Source: Akkermansiaceae bacterium (GTDB taxonomy: Bacteria > Verrucomicrobiota > Verrucomicrobiia > Verrucomicrobiales > Akkermansiaceae). From it: a stretch of DNA of 64,000 bases. A program made the translations under genes and the position numbers. The notes under the pieces are model-generated. The model had not been told where the DNA came from, did no database searches, and was given only the letters and a program-made list of their open reading frames with translations. The stretch lies in assembly GCA_051251915.1 (NCBI GenBank), contig JBPOGF010000003.1, positions 128,001 to 192,000 of the forward strand, read 5' to 3'. Below, one piece after another: positions 46,700 through 56,485 of the stretch (position 1 is the first letter of the stretch; every line of letters begins with the position of its first letter).

Positions 46700-48121
46700 A
46701 TGAGATCAGATAAAAAAAGTGGTTTAAAGACTCAAGTTTTACAAGTGGTTGATGCGATGTTAGTGGTGTTCGCATTTATGGTGTCTTGGCTACTCTGGAA
46801 TGGCGGTCTTATGCAAGTTGCTGCTGCCACTGGCTGGTTTCGGGTAGATACGGACGAGCTGATGTCTTTCGCGTTGATTTTGCCATCTCTTTACTTACTT
46901 GTGCCATTTATTCCACTGGGTTTGGAAAGTGCCCAGTTTTATAAATTCTGTGGTAGGCAGAGTAAAGTCAGAGCCTTTTTTAAGGTGTTGCAGGGACACG
47001 GCATAGTATTGATCTTTTATTTGTTTCTAGCATTAGTGGTTAAGCTAGATCCCCATCGTCCAACACTTGGATTAGGTGTGTTTTTCTCTGTAATCTTTAT
47101 TTGGGTAAGAGAGATGCTATACCTCTATTGGTTTAGGTATAAATTGGAGAAAGGTATTGGGAAACAGAGATTAATAATGGCTGCGAATAATCATGATGCA
47201 GAGAGCTGGTGGAATGAGCTAGGGGAGGATGTTAGAGATAGGTTTGAGCAAGTAGGCCGTTTTAATCTTAATGAGCATACAGTCGATGATTTACGAATAC
47301 TTCTCATTGAAAAAGCGGCAGAAAAGGTCGTTTTTCTCGTGAATGATGTTTCGTTTGAAAAGGTTACAAAGGCAGTAGAAGAGTGTGAGATCCAAGGAGT
47401 GGATGTGTGGCTTGCAGCTGATTTTGTGCGTGCTAGGATATGTCAGCCTAGTTTTGATTACCTGGGATCAAAACCGATGCTGGTGCTAAGTTCGACCCCT
47501 AGCCTTTCATGGGCTCTGCTTGCAAAGGATGTGCAAGACAGGTTAGGGGCATTGATCTTAATTGTGTTTACGAGCCCATTGTGGCTACTAGCCTACATTG
47601 GAGTTAAGATTCAGAGTCCGGGACCGGTCATTTATAAACAAGAGCGTGCTGGGAGATACGGACACCCGTTTAAGATCTGGAAATTCCGCTCTATGTATAT
47701 GGATGCTGATAAGAAACTTGAAGAGTTAAAAAGAGAGCAGGGAAATCAAATGTCTGGACCAGTCTTTAAACTCGACCAAGATCCGCGGATCTTTTCTTTT
47801 GGGAAGTTTATCCGTAGATATAGTATTGATGAATTACCGCAGCTCATCAATGTATTAGTAGGCGACATGAGCTTGGTGGGTCCACGACCGATGGCAATGT
47901 ACGAAATCCCAGAAATTGAAAAATCTGAGCACCGAAGAAAACTTAGCATCAAGCCAGGAATCACTTGTATCTGGCAAGTTGAAGGGCGAAATACGATATC
48001 CGATTTTGATGAGTGGGTGCAGTTAGACTTAAAATATATTGATAATTGGTCGCTCTGGTTGGATTTAAAAATTTTATTAAAGACAATCCCCGCGGTCTTT
48101 TTTTCGAAAGGAGCCAAATAG
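46700..48121 (+). CDS. Undecaprenyl-phosphate glycosylphosphotransferase (priming transferase, WcaJ/CpsE family)
   Basis: KFRSM, DPRI, IDELPQLINVLVGDMSLVGPRP, KPGITCIWQV, DLKYIDNWSLWLD. Confidence 0.92.
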   Translation: MRSDKKSGLKTQVLQVVDAMLVVFAFMVSWLLWNGGLMQVAAATGWFRVDTDELMSFALILPSLYLLVPFIPLGLESAQFYKFCGRQSKVRAFFKVLQGHGIVLIFYLFLALVVKLDPHRPTLGLGVFFSVIFIWVREMLYLYWFRYKLEKGIGKQRLIMAANNHDAESWWNELGEDVRDRFEQVGRFNLNEHTVDDLRILLIEKAAEKVVFLVNDVSFEKVTKAVEECEIQGVDVWLAADFVRARICQPSFDYLGSKPMLVLSSTPSLSWALLAKDVQDRLGALILIVFTSPLWLLAYIGVKIQSPGPVIYKQERAGRYGHPFKIWKFRSMYMDADKKLEELKREQGNQMSGPVFKLDQDPRIFSFGKFIRRYSIDELPQLINVLVGDMSLVGPRPMAMYEIPEIEKSEHRRKLSIKPGITCIWQVEGRNTISDFDEWVQLDLKYIDNWSLWLDLKILLKTIPAVFFSKGAK

Positions 48122-48126
48122 TATAG

Positions 48127-48375
48127 ATGAAAAACCGTTTAAACAAAATAGGCTATTTAATTATATCTAGGTTAGGCCAGAAAATTATAGATAATAAAAC
48201 TGGGGAAAAGTTAGGTAGGGCACTGGTCTTTTATTGGGGGGGGCAGCTTCATATTATAGGTTACACGGGAAAGCCGCTAGTAGTTCGCTGGGCGAAAAGT
48301 GATAAACTCAGATACTGGCATAGCAGCCTGATTTTTAGAGCACAAGAAGAAGCTGATTTTGAAAGAACAAAATAA
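48127..48375 (+). CDS. Hypothetical protein
   Basis: 82-aa ORF tightly packed in the operon. Confidence 0.55.
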   Translation: MKNRLNKIGYLIISRLGQKIIDNKTGEKLGRALVFYWGGQLHIIGYTGKPLVVRWAKSDKLRYWHSSLIFRAQEEADFERTK

Positions 48376-49111
48376 AATATTATGCTGTGTATTGACGCAT
48401 CAACTACCAAATGAGGTGATGCAGATGAGCGCTTACTGGACAAAGTTGTTTCCAGAACAAGAGTTAGTAATTCTGTATGGTGGTAAAAAGAGTAATTATG
48501 ATTTAATAGAATGGCCTCTTAAATCTTATATTAATGATCCGGGTTTGAAAACGAAAGATCATCAACGTGAGCGACAGACTTATTGGCAAGTTTATAGCAA
48601 CATTACTCAATTTGTGAGGCCTGATCATGACTTGGTATTTTTTACTGAATTTGATCAGATACCCAGTGGGGAAGATTCTTTGTTGAGGCTTTGTCAGATC
48701 AAGGAACAAGAAGATTCTGATATATTGTGCTATAATCTTATGAGGGTGGATGACACTAATCATCCGCATTATATATATCACTTAGCACAAACCGACCTAC
48801 TAGTGCAAATTAGAGCAATCTCTATGCGCTCAGATCCTAGTGTGGTGTTAACTTGTTCAGGTTTTGGTCATCTATGGTCCAGAGAGGCCTTTATGAAGGT
48901 AGCTAGTGTTGAATACACTAGTAGGATCTATTTAGAGCTATGGTTTCCGACTGTTGCTCACCATCTGGGCTATAGAGTCAGGGATGTGGGTAATATAGAG
49001 AACTCGTATAATTTGACTAGCGGAGACATGACGAAGGATAGGAAGAGGATGTCAGCCGAAGGTGCTATTTTTGTGCATCCAGTAAAATTTCTATGGAGTG
49101 GAGATGAATAG
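48359..49111 (+). CDS. Hypothetical protein, possibly GT-A-like
   Basis: 250 aa in the operon; FFTEFD acidic motif, YLELWFPTVAHHLG, HPVK. Confidence 0.55.
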   Translation: MKEQNKILCCVLTHQLPNEVMQMSAYWTKLFPEQELVILYGGKKSNYDLIEWPLKSYINDPGLKTKDHQRERQTYWQVYSNITQFVRPDHDLVFFTEFDQIPSGEDSLLRLCQIKEQEDSDILCYNLMRVDDTNHPHYIYHLAQTDLLVQIRAISMRSDPSVVLTCSGFGHLWSREAFMKVASVEYTSRIYLELWFPTVAHHLGYRVRDVGNIENSYNLTSGDMTKDRKRMSAEGAIFVHPVKFLWSGDE

Positions 49112-49153
49112 AGCGGATTCAGCTTAGGCGTATTGTAGGTAAAAGATGTTAAA

Positions 49154-51349
49154 ATGATTACAGATAAACCAAATAAATTTTACCTAACCGTAGAGATCCT
49201 AGTGTCTATAGGATTGGCTCTATCATTCCTGTATTCAGGGGTTATGGCAACTACGTTTTCATCAGCAAACCAATCAATTGGTGTTGCAGGGATAGTGCTA
49301 TCTAGCTCCATCGGTATTCTTGTGCTGGGCCGTAAACCGCGAATTAATCTCTCTACATACATATTCTTTGTTATTGCTTGGTTGTATTTCATTGTGAGAG
49401 CACACTTTTCCGACGTTCGTGAATATGCGAATCAAGACCTTATGCTTATTCTATCAGCAGGAATGGTATTTTTGGTACAAGTTCATTTAGGTTGGAGTAG
49501 ATGTGTTAAGGTTGGTGTTTTGTCAGGAATTGGTCTTGTTTTCTTTATAAATCTGCTCATGTTTATTCCCCAAGTAAACTCTTTTAGAGATGGCTTATTA
49601 GATTATGCGAATGGTTCTCCTGTAACAGGTCTATTTAATCATCGGAATTTTTTCTCGAATTTCATGGGGATGGTGTCTTGTTTTCTTTTTACTGTCACAT
49701 TCTTCAGGTGTCATGGACTAGTGAAAATCATTTGCTTTTTGATGGCGTTTCTAGGCTTTGCTGCCGTATTCGCTTCAAAAAATAGAGGTGTTGCACTAGC
49801 TGTCCTAGTGGTGATTTTTGCGGTCGTAATTTGTAAGATGATGCTGCGTCACGACTCCAAAAAACAAAAATTGATTATGTCATTATTAAGTGTGGGCCTT
49901 ATTGGTGCATTAATGTTTTTTGGAGCCAAGTTGGGTCAAGAACGTGCCGGTGAGTTGAAAGCAGATAATATGATGCACTCTAATGGAAGAATTGAGTGCT
50001 GGTCTATGGCTGTCTCACAAATTCCTGACAACATGATTTTTGGTAGTGGCAGCAGGAGTTTTGAATATAAGTCGTATGCATACTGGTCTGATGGTCTCAG
50101 TTGGCTCAAGTATAATATGAAATTTGTACATAATGAGTATTTACAGATAATGACAGATTATGGCGTTATTGGATTAATCTTGTTTCTGATCTTGCTTTTA
50201 TCAATTATCATCTATGCGCTTACTAAAGTATTGCAGAATAAGGATGAATCCATTGCTGGTTGGTCTATGGCGGCTATATCTGTTTTATCGGTGATGCTAA
50301 TACACTCGTGCGTTTCATTTCCTGCACACGGTTTTGTTAACCTCATTACATGTGTGTATTTATTGGGGTTTATTTTTACTCAGATCGGAGAGGATGACGA
50401 TAATATGAGAACCAAAAGCTCATTTTATATGAATGGAATAATGGTTATTGGGGTGTTTATCTTTTCCTTTGGCGTGATTATTAATTCCGTCAAAGCGGCT
50501 AAAACTCTATGGAATCATGGCATAGTGGGTGATGATCTTAACTGGGGAGTTCAGGACGCAGATGATAAAGATTGGCAAATGGCTTTAGAGATACTTGTGA
50601 GTGAATCCCCGACCTTTTCTAGATGGAATAAATTAGGTGTGATTTATTTAGATCAAGCTGAGTCCCTTGAAGAATCGATTGATTATCAAAATGTCATCAA
50701 GAAGTCCGAAAATGCTTTTCGTAATAGTTTGAAGTTACATGGAAACGAACCTATTACACCGTATAATTTGGCAAGAGTCTTAATACTCCAGAAAAAGTAT
50801 CAGGAAGCTGAACAGGTGTATTTAGAAATGGGTGAAGAGTCTCGGAACAGACCTAGTTTATTGAAATATGACCTCAGATTATCGCAGCTCTATTTTAATT
50901 GGGCGTTGGAATATTTTAATAATAATGATTTAGATAAATCACATGAGAAATTGGAAAATGCCAAACAGCACCGCATTAGGTATTTCCTTGTTATGGGCGA
51001 ACGTTACTCAGAGGATATTAGAAATGCTCAACTGCAAGAGTTTCTACTAGAATCCAAGCTGAACTACGCAAATGGTGAAATAGAAGCATCAATCGCTTCA
51101 TTGAATCAATATGTATCATTAGCTTTGAATTTATCGTGGATGTCTGATACACAAATTGAGGACTGTGCTGATAACGTTTATCAGTTTGCATACAGTATCT
51201 GGCTTAAAAAGCGTTTACCGACTGAGGCTAAAACATTATTTTTAAAGTCAGGGGAGCTGTATAGTCGTATTTCTAATAAGAGTCATCTGCAAGAGAGAAC
51301 TAACAAGATAGAGAATTTTCTAGAAATACTAAGAGTGGCAGGCTTCTAG
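49154..51349 (+). CDS. O-antigen ligase (WaaL)-like membrane protein with C-terminal TPR region
   Basis: GLFNHRNFFS, SKNRG, GR..CW..A, FGSGSRSF, VHNEYLQ..TDYG.IG; TPR-like C-terminus. Confidence 0.8.
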   Translation: MITDKPNKFYLTVEILVSIGLALSFLYSGVMATTFSSANQSIGVAGIVLSSSIGILVLGRKPRINLSTYIFFVIAWLYFIVRAHFSDVREYANQDLMLILSAGMVFLVQVHLGWSRCVKVGVLSGIGLVFFINLLMFIPQVNSFRDGLLDYANGSPVTGLFNHRNFFSNFMGMVSCFLFTVTFFRCHGLVKIICFLMAFLGFAAVFASKNRGVALAVLVVIFAVVICKMMLRHDSKKQKLIMSLLSVGLIGALMFFGAKLGQERAGELKADNMMHSNGRIECWSMAVSQIPDNMIFGSGSRSFEYKSYAYWSDGLSWLKYNMKFVHNEYLQIMTDYGVIGLILFLILLLSIIIYALTKVLQNKDESIAGWSMAAISVLSVMLIHSCVSFPAHGFVNLITCVYLLGFIFTQIGEDDDNMRTKSSFYMNGIMVIGVFIFSFGVIINSVKAAKTLWNHGIVGDDLNWGVQDADDKDWQMALEILVSESPTFSRWNKLGVIYLDQAESLEESIDYQNVIKKSENAFRNSLKLHGNEPITPYNLARVLILQKKYQEAEQVYLEMGEESRNRPSLLKYDLRLSQLYFNWALEYFNNNDLDKSHEKLENAKQHRIRYFLVMGERYSEDIRNAQLQEFLLESKLNYANGEIEASIASLNQYVSLALNLSWMSDTQIEDCADNVYQFAYSIWLKKRLPTEAKTLFLKSGELYSRISNKSHLQERTNKIENFLEILRVAGF

Positions 51350-51385
51350 GAGGCGGCGGATAATATTAATTGATTAAAGTTATTT

Positions 51386-52282
51386 ATGAGTGATTTACGA
51401 AAACTAAATATAGTGCTGATAGGATTAATATCGTGCATATTAGTCTATCTGTATGGGTTTGTGCCGATCTACCCTGGAGCCAATGATTTGGCATTATTTA
51501 CTTGGCTGAAGAACTCTTGGAATGTGGAGACTAACTATGAACACGGTTGGGTCGTCTTTCCTGCAGTGGCATTGTTGATTTACACTGAGAGAGAGAAAAT
51601 CAGGTCAGTCGCAGTTCAGAAGGGTAGAATTGGGCTAATTATTTTAATATTTGGTCTTCTTTTATATTTGGCGGCAATGAGAGCTAGTCAACCAAGGTTG
51701 GCCTTTTTTGGGCTCTCATTTATTTTATATGGGATGATGCATTTTGCGCAGGGATGGCAGAGAGCAAAACACGTAATATTTGCAGTATTTTTCATCTACT
51801 TTGCGATCCCTATGCCCGGGTTACAGCAAGCGACCAATGGACTCCAATTAATCGTATCAAAATCGTGTTTCGTCGTGGGTGGTATTGTCGGTTATGAGTT
51901 AGTTCAAGTTGGAAACACTATCAAATCCGTTAGTGGCTCCTGGGATGGGTTTGATATAGCAGAGGGTTGTAGTGGAATACGCTCTCTCATCGCTCTTATT
52001 ATGGTAACAGCAGTGTATGCGCAATACACTCAGCAAAAGCTTTGGAAAAAGGCCGTTATATTTTTATCTGCATTTCCTTTGGCTATATTTGGAAATTTCT
52101 TAAGGATATTTACCATTATTGTCATTGCTGAGATGGGCTATTCAGATTTTGCAGCTAATCTTTATCACGATTGGGCAGGGATGCTCATATTCTTCCCCGT
52201 TTCTCTGACTGGAGTGTTCATCATGGATAAGCTAATTAATATAAATAAAAGGAAAAGAGTAAGTAGGAGGGAAGTGTCATGA
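51386..52282 (+). CDS. Exosortase (EpsH/Xrt family)
   Basis: YEHGW, IAEGCSGIRS (Cys), NFLRI (Arg), LYHDW (His); multiple TMs. Confidence 0.92.
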   Translation: MSDLRKLNIVLIGLISCILVYLYGFVPIYPGANDLALFTWLKNSWNVETNYEHGWVVFPAVALLIYTEREKIRSVAVQKGRIGLIILIFGLLLYLAAMRASQPRLAFFGLSFILYGMMHFAQGWQRAKHVIFAVFFIYFAIPMPGLQQATNGLQLIVSKSCFVVGGIVGYELVQVGNTIKSVSGSWDGFDIAEGCSGIRSLIALIMVTAVYAQYTQQKLWKKAVIFLSAFPLAIFGNFLRIFTIIVIAEMGYSDFAANLYHDWAGMLIFFPVSLTGVFIMDKLININKRKRVSRREVS

Positions 52283-53025
52283 GCAAAAAGTTATTAGTAA
52301 TCGTGTTGTTATTAGTTGCATGCGTAATGATCCATCCGTTTGTTAAAGAAGGCTTAGGCGTAAAACCGTCTATGCTGAGTGAAAATCTTCCTGAAACATT
52401 TTATAAATGGAAGGGGAGAAGTCTTGCGGTTTCGGGTAAGGAACTCGCGATCCTTGCAAAGGATACTGATTTTGCTAGAAAATTGTATTATGTTGAAGGT
52501 GATAATTCCTATCCAGGAGTGACGGCTTCTATTGTGTTTTCTGGTAAGGATATTAACAATAGTATTCATCGTCCTGAACGCTGTCTTAGAGCGCAAGGAT
52601 GGAATTTTGAGAATGAGTCTTACACTACTGTAGATGTAGAAATAGATGGCCAGCAGGTTACTATCCCTCTTAAAGAAATAGTAACGACAAAGCCAGTATA
52701 TAGAAACATAGATTCCGTTGAGGTGCCTCTATTGAATGAAAAAGGAGAGCATGTAGTGACTCGGAATATACAATATTATACTTTTGTCGGTTATAAGGAC
52801 ATCGTGGCAGGTCACTATGAAAGAACTTGGCATGATAGTATCGAAGGCCGAATACTTGGCGGTTATACCCAACGCTGGGCGTATGCTACGTTCTCGATGA
52901 CTGTTACTCAAGCATACATAGATCAAGGGGTGATGGACGGTGATGGTTACAATGATAATGAATCAAGATCAGAGCTTAAGCAGTTCATTCAGGAGTTCCT
53001 AAAAAAGACTATTAAAAAGAACTAA
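52279..53025 (+). CDS. epsI: Exosortase-associated EpsI family protein
   Basis: LP..F..WKG, E..ILAKDT, SIHRPERCLRAQGW; ATGA overlap with the exosortase gene. Confidence 0.85.
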   Translation: MSKKLLVIVLLLVACVMIHPFVKEGLGVKPSMLSENLPETFYKWKGRSLAVSGKELAILAKDTDFARKLYYVEGDNSYPGVTASIVFSGKDINNSIHRPERCLRAQGWNFENESYTTVDVEIDGQQVTIPLKEIVTTKPVYRNIDSVEVPLLNEKGEHVVTRNIQYYTFVGYKDIVAGHYERTWHDSIEGRILGGYTQRWAYATFSMTVTQAYIDQGVMDGDGYNDNESRSELKQFIQEFLKKTIKKN

Positions 53026-53143
53026 AGCGTTGATCCGCATTCTTGACTACAAATATCTTGAGCCACCATATTTGGTGGCTTTATTGTTGTCAGTTCGGTG
53101 GAAAATGGCACACTCGCGGCGAACAGCACCTCTAAAGCACTTC

Positions 53144-54073
53144 ATGAAGATTATTTCAGGCTCAGCCCACCAACAACTTGCTAAGGATATAGCAACACAT
53201 CTCGGTACCAAACTTGCAGACGTTACCGTGGATTGTTTCCCTGATGGGGAGACATACTGCCAGATTCATGAGAATGTTCGTGGTGAGGATGTGTTCATCA
53301 TCCAGCCTACTTGCCCGGCGACGAATCATAATATCATGGAGATGTTGATTTTGGTGGATGCAGCTAAGCGCGCTAGTGCTGGGAGTATTACTGCGGTGAT
53401 TCCTTTCTTCGGTTATGCCCGTCAGGATAGGAAAGATAAGCCACGTGTGCCTATTACGGCTAAGTTAGTGGCGAACCTTATTTCTGCTGCAGGTGTGGAT
53501 CGTGTGGTGACAATGGATTTGCATGCTGCTCAGATTCAGGGGTTTTTCGATATACCGGTAGATCATCTTTATGCGCGTCCGGTTTTTATTAAGCACTTGA
53601 GAGATGAGTGTGGTGTGGTGGGGGATAACTTAGTTGTTGTATCTCCGGATGTGGGTGGGGTGAAAAATGCTCGAGCTTACTCGGATGCGTTTGGGGCGAA
53701 TCTTGCGATTGTTGCTAAGCATAGAGTGAGTGCGACGAAGGTGGAGGCCATGAACGTGATTGGTGATGTGAAGGGGAAGACTGCTTTTCTGATCGATGAT
53801 ATGACTGAGACAGGGGGCACGCTTTGTGCTGCGGCTAAAATTTTAAAGGCCAATGGCGCGAGCCGAATTTTCGCGGGTGTTTCTCATGCGGTGATCGGTG
53901 AGCATGCTCGTAAGCGGATTCTTGAATCTGATATTGAGAGCCTTATCACTACGAACTCTGTGCCGATGGCCTATGGTGAAAAAGTGACTGCGCTTTCAGT
54001 GGCTCCACTCTTTGGTGAGGCGATTAAGCGCATTTCCCAGGGAGAAAGTGTGACATCTTTGTTTGACATTTAG
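53144..54073 (+). CDS. prs: Ribose-phosphate pyrophosphokinase
   Basis: FPDGE, PFFGYARQDRK, DLHAAQIQGFF, VSPDVGG, IDDMTETGGT. ATG 53144 preferred. Confidence 0.95.
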   Translation: MKIISGSAHQQLAKDIATHLGTKLADVTVDCFPDGETYCQIHENVRGEDVFIIQPTCPATNHNIMEMLILVDAAKRASAGSITAVIPFFGYARQDRKDKPRVPITAKLVANLISAAGVDRVVTMDLHAAQIQGFFDIPVDHLYARPVFIKHLRDECGVVGDNLVVVSPDVGGVKNARAYSDAFGANLAIVAKHRVSATKVEAMNVIGDVKGKTAFLIDDMTETGGTLCAAAKILKANGASRIFAGVSHAVIGEHARKRILESDIESLITTNSVPMAYGEKVTALSVAPLFGEAIKRISQGESVTSLFDI

Positions 54074-54224
54074 GTAGATTTCCACTACGCAGTGCCTCCC
54101 GGCCTGCGGAAAGGCTATTCTCTCTACCACCAGCCATATCTTTTCATTGGATTCTCCGGGGACCCTAGAAACGTCACATAAAGTAACTTGCGGCGATGTC
54201 TAACCACAAAAGAAAAATTATAAC

Positions 54225-54851
54225 ATGGCTACAACAATCGAAGCTACACTACGTCAGCGCACTGGATCAGGAGCGCTCAATGCAATGCGCCGTGAAGGAT
54301 TCATTCCTTCAGTAATCTACGGAGCGACCGAAAACAAAAATATCAAAGTCCATCAAAAGACTTTCAGAGATCATCTAAACACTAAGCCTTCATCACAGGT
54401 TCTCATTGACCTTGATGTGGAGGGACACGGTGCTCAGCAGGTCTTTATTCAGGACATTCAGTTCGATGCGATTACAGGAGCAATTCTCCACGCAGATTTC
54501 CTCGCAGTAAAAGAAGATACTGTCCTCACAGCGAAGTTACCAATCAAGCTCTTTGGTGAGCCAGCAGGTGTTAAGGCTGGTGGTCTTCTAGAGCAACTCG
54601 TTCACGCTACTAAGATTAAATCACTTCCTAAGGATCTACCACTTCAGATTGAAGCTAATGTAGAGTCACTCAAGGTTGCAGATAATCTCACTATTGGTGA
54701 TATTTCATTCCCAGAGGGTGTGACTCCAATTCTCGATAGCAGAGTTCTCGTAGCACTCGTTGCTAAGACACGTGCGGCACAGTCAGAAGGTGCAGTTGAA
54801 GAAGAAGCAGGTGAGCAAGATGCACCAGCACCTGATGCAGCAGCTGAGTAA
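54225..54851 (+). CDS. rplY: 50S ribosomal protein L25 (Ctc form)
   Basis: R...GSGA....RREGFIPSVIYG, HADF, GVKAGGLL. Confidence 0.93.
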   Translation: MATTIEATLRQRTGSGALNAMRREGFIPSVIYGATENKNIKVHQKTFRDHLNTKPSSQVLIDLDVEGHGAQQVFIQDIQFDAITGAILHADFLAVKEDTVLTAKLPIKLFGEPAGVKAGGLLEQLVHATKIKSLPKDLPLQIEANVESLKVADNLTIGDISFPEGVTPILDSRVLVALVAKTRAAQSEGAVEEEAGEQDAPAPDAAAE

Positions 54852-54900
54852 TTACTAACATTCATCATGACGGAGGAGGGCTATTATTAGTGTTTCTCAT

Positions 54901-55467
54901 GTGAACGTGGCAATCAAACTGGTCATAGGTCTGGGAAATCCAGGTAGGAAATATGATCAAACCCGACATAACATTGGGTTTGATGTACTAGACCGCATGG
55001 CTGCAGAATCTGGAGCGGAGTTTGCTAACCATTTAAAGTGGAAGGCTCTCATCGCTAAGCATCCGCTCGCGCTACTTATGAAGCCTCAGACATTTATGAA
55101 TGAGAGTGGAAGAGCTGCAGGAGCTGCGCTGAGATTCTACAAATGGCAACCGGAAGAAGTTCTGGTGATTTATGATGATGTTTCTATCCCGTTAGGCGCT
55201 ATCCGATTTAGGATGAAGGGCTCAGCAGGTGGACACAACGGAATGAAATCACTGATACAGCACTTTGGAAGCGATGCCTTCCCGCGACTCAAACTAGGAA
55301 TCGGAGCCCCGAGATCTGGTGAGATGGTGGGGCATGTTTTGGGGAAATTTTCCCAGGATGAACGACCAGAAGTGCAGAACGCACTTGATAACGCTACAAA
55401 AGCAGTCCACTGTGCCCTCACTGAAGGCGTAGAGGCTGCTGCTAACATTCACAACGTCAATAAATAA
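54901..55467 (+). CDS. pth: Peptidyl-tRNA hydrolase
   Basis: GLGNPG..Y..TRHNIGF, KPQTFMNESG, GSAGGHNG. Confidence 0.96.
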   Translation: MNVAIKLVIGLGNPGRKYDQTRHNIGFDVLDRMAAESGAEFANHLKWKALIAKHPLALLMKPQTFMNESGRAAGAALRFYKWQPEEVLVIYDDVSIPLGAIRFRMKGSAGGHNGMKSLIQHFGSDAFPRLKLGIGAPRSGEMVGHVLGKFSQDERPEVQNALDNATKAVHCALTEGVEAAANIHNVNK

Positions 55468-55488
55468 TCAAAAATAGAAATCAATAAT

Positions 55489-55776
55489 ATGAGCAGAAAA
55501 TACGAAGGTCTTGTCGTTCTCGACACAAAAGGCAAAGATACATCAATCGACGAGCTAATCAGCACAGTCGGTCAACTAATCGAAGCAGAAGGTGCTAAGC
55601 TTGACGAAGTCAAGAACCTAGGACGTAAGACATTTGCATACAACGCACGCCAAATCGAAGGTGGTCACTACGTGAGCTACATGTTTGATGCGTCTCCAGA
55701 AACAATCGTTAAAATCAAGGCAAGCCTTGACCTAAACGAGGACATCTACATGCACAACTACAACCGCCAAGGTTAA
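55489..55776 (+). CDS. rpsF: 30S ribosomal protein S6
   Basis: RKYEGLVVL...LGRKTFAY...GHY; gene context. Confidence 0.88.
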   Translation: MSRKYEGLVVLDTKGKDTSIDELISTVGQLIEAEGAKLDEVKNLGRKTFAYNARQIEGGHYVSYMFDASPETIVKIKASLDLNEDIYMHNYNRQG

Positions 55777-55897
55777 TTTTAAGGGTGGTTATTAAGCCAT
55801 CCTATGAAGCAATTTAAAACAGGGTTTATCAGCCATTAGAGTATATACGATATTTTCGTATTGCTTAGGCTGATAAACCCTTTATTATTTCTGCATT

Positions 55898-56413
55898 ATG
55901 GCAAGTTTCAATAAAGTAATGATCATGGGGAACATCACCCGTGACATCGAGCTAAGAGCAACTCCTAAGGGCACTTCGGTCACAGATCTGGGTCTAGCGT
56001 GTAACCGCGTCCGTATGGGTGAAGATGGGCAGAAGATAGAGGAGGTCACTTTTGTGGACGTCACTCTTTGGGGTAGACAGGCTGAGCTAGCTTCTCAGTA
56101 TCTCGCAAAAGGAAGCCCTATTTTCATCGAGGGCAGGCTCCACATGGATAGCTGGACGGATCAGGCTACGGGTAAGCAGCGTACTAGACTTAAGGTGGTG
56201 GGTGAGAACATGCAGTTTATTGGTTCACCTGGCGGCGGTAATAATGGTGGAGGAAATAGCAATGGCGGCGGCTACAATAGCGGTGGTCAGCAAGCTAGTC
56301 AGCCGGCACAGCCAGCTCAAAGGGCGCCACAGCAGTCATCTCCTCCGCAGGGTGGTTCGCCGGCTAGTAATATGCCAGATTTCCAAGATGAGGATGATGA
56401 TATTCCGTTTTAG
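55898..56413 (+). CDS. ssb: Single-stranded DNA-binding protein
   Basis: NKVMIMGNITRD, WGRQAE, EGRL, C-terminal DDDIPF. Confidence 0.97.
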   Translation: MASFNKVMIMGNITRDIELRATPKGTSVTDLGLACNRVRMGEDGQKIEEVTFVDVTLWGRQAELASQYLAKGSPIFIEGRLHMDSWTDQATGKQRTRLKVVGENMQFIGSPGGGNNGGGNSNGGGYNSGGQQASQPAQPAQRAPQQSSPPQGGSPASNMPDFQDEDDDIPF

Positions 56414-56485
56414 GAAGGATTAGCGGTTGACAGCAAAGTTGATAATTTCTGGGAATAGAAAGCGGGAGTATTCACTCATATTGTT

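Noticed and set aside
54074..54224. Possible tRNA or named ncRNA between prs and rplY
   Set aside because: Only a small hairpin (CGCAG...CTGCG) is visible, with no cloverleaf or T-loop motif. An L25 leader cannot be supported by eye.
56427..56446. TTGACA...GATAAT as a sigma70 promoter for the small ORF
   Set aside because: The spacing is only 8 nt.
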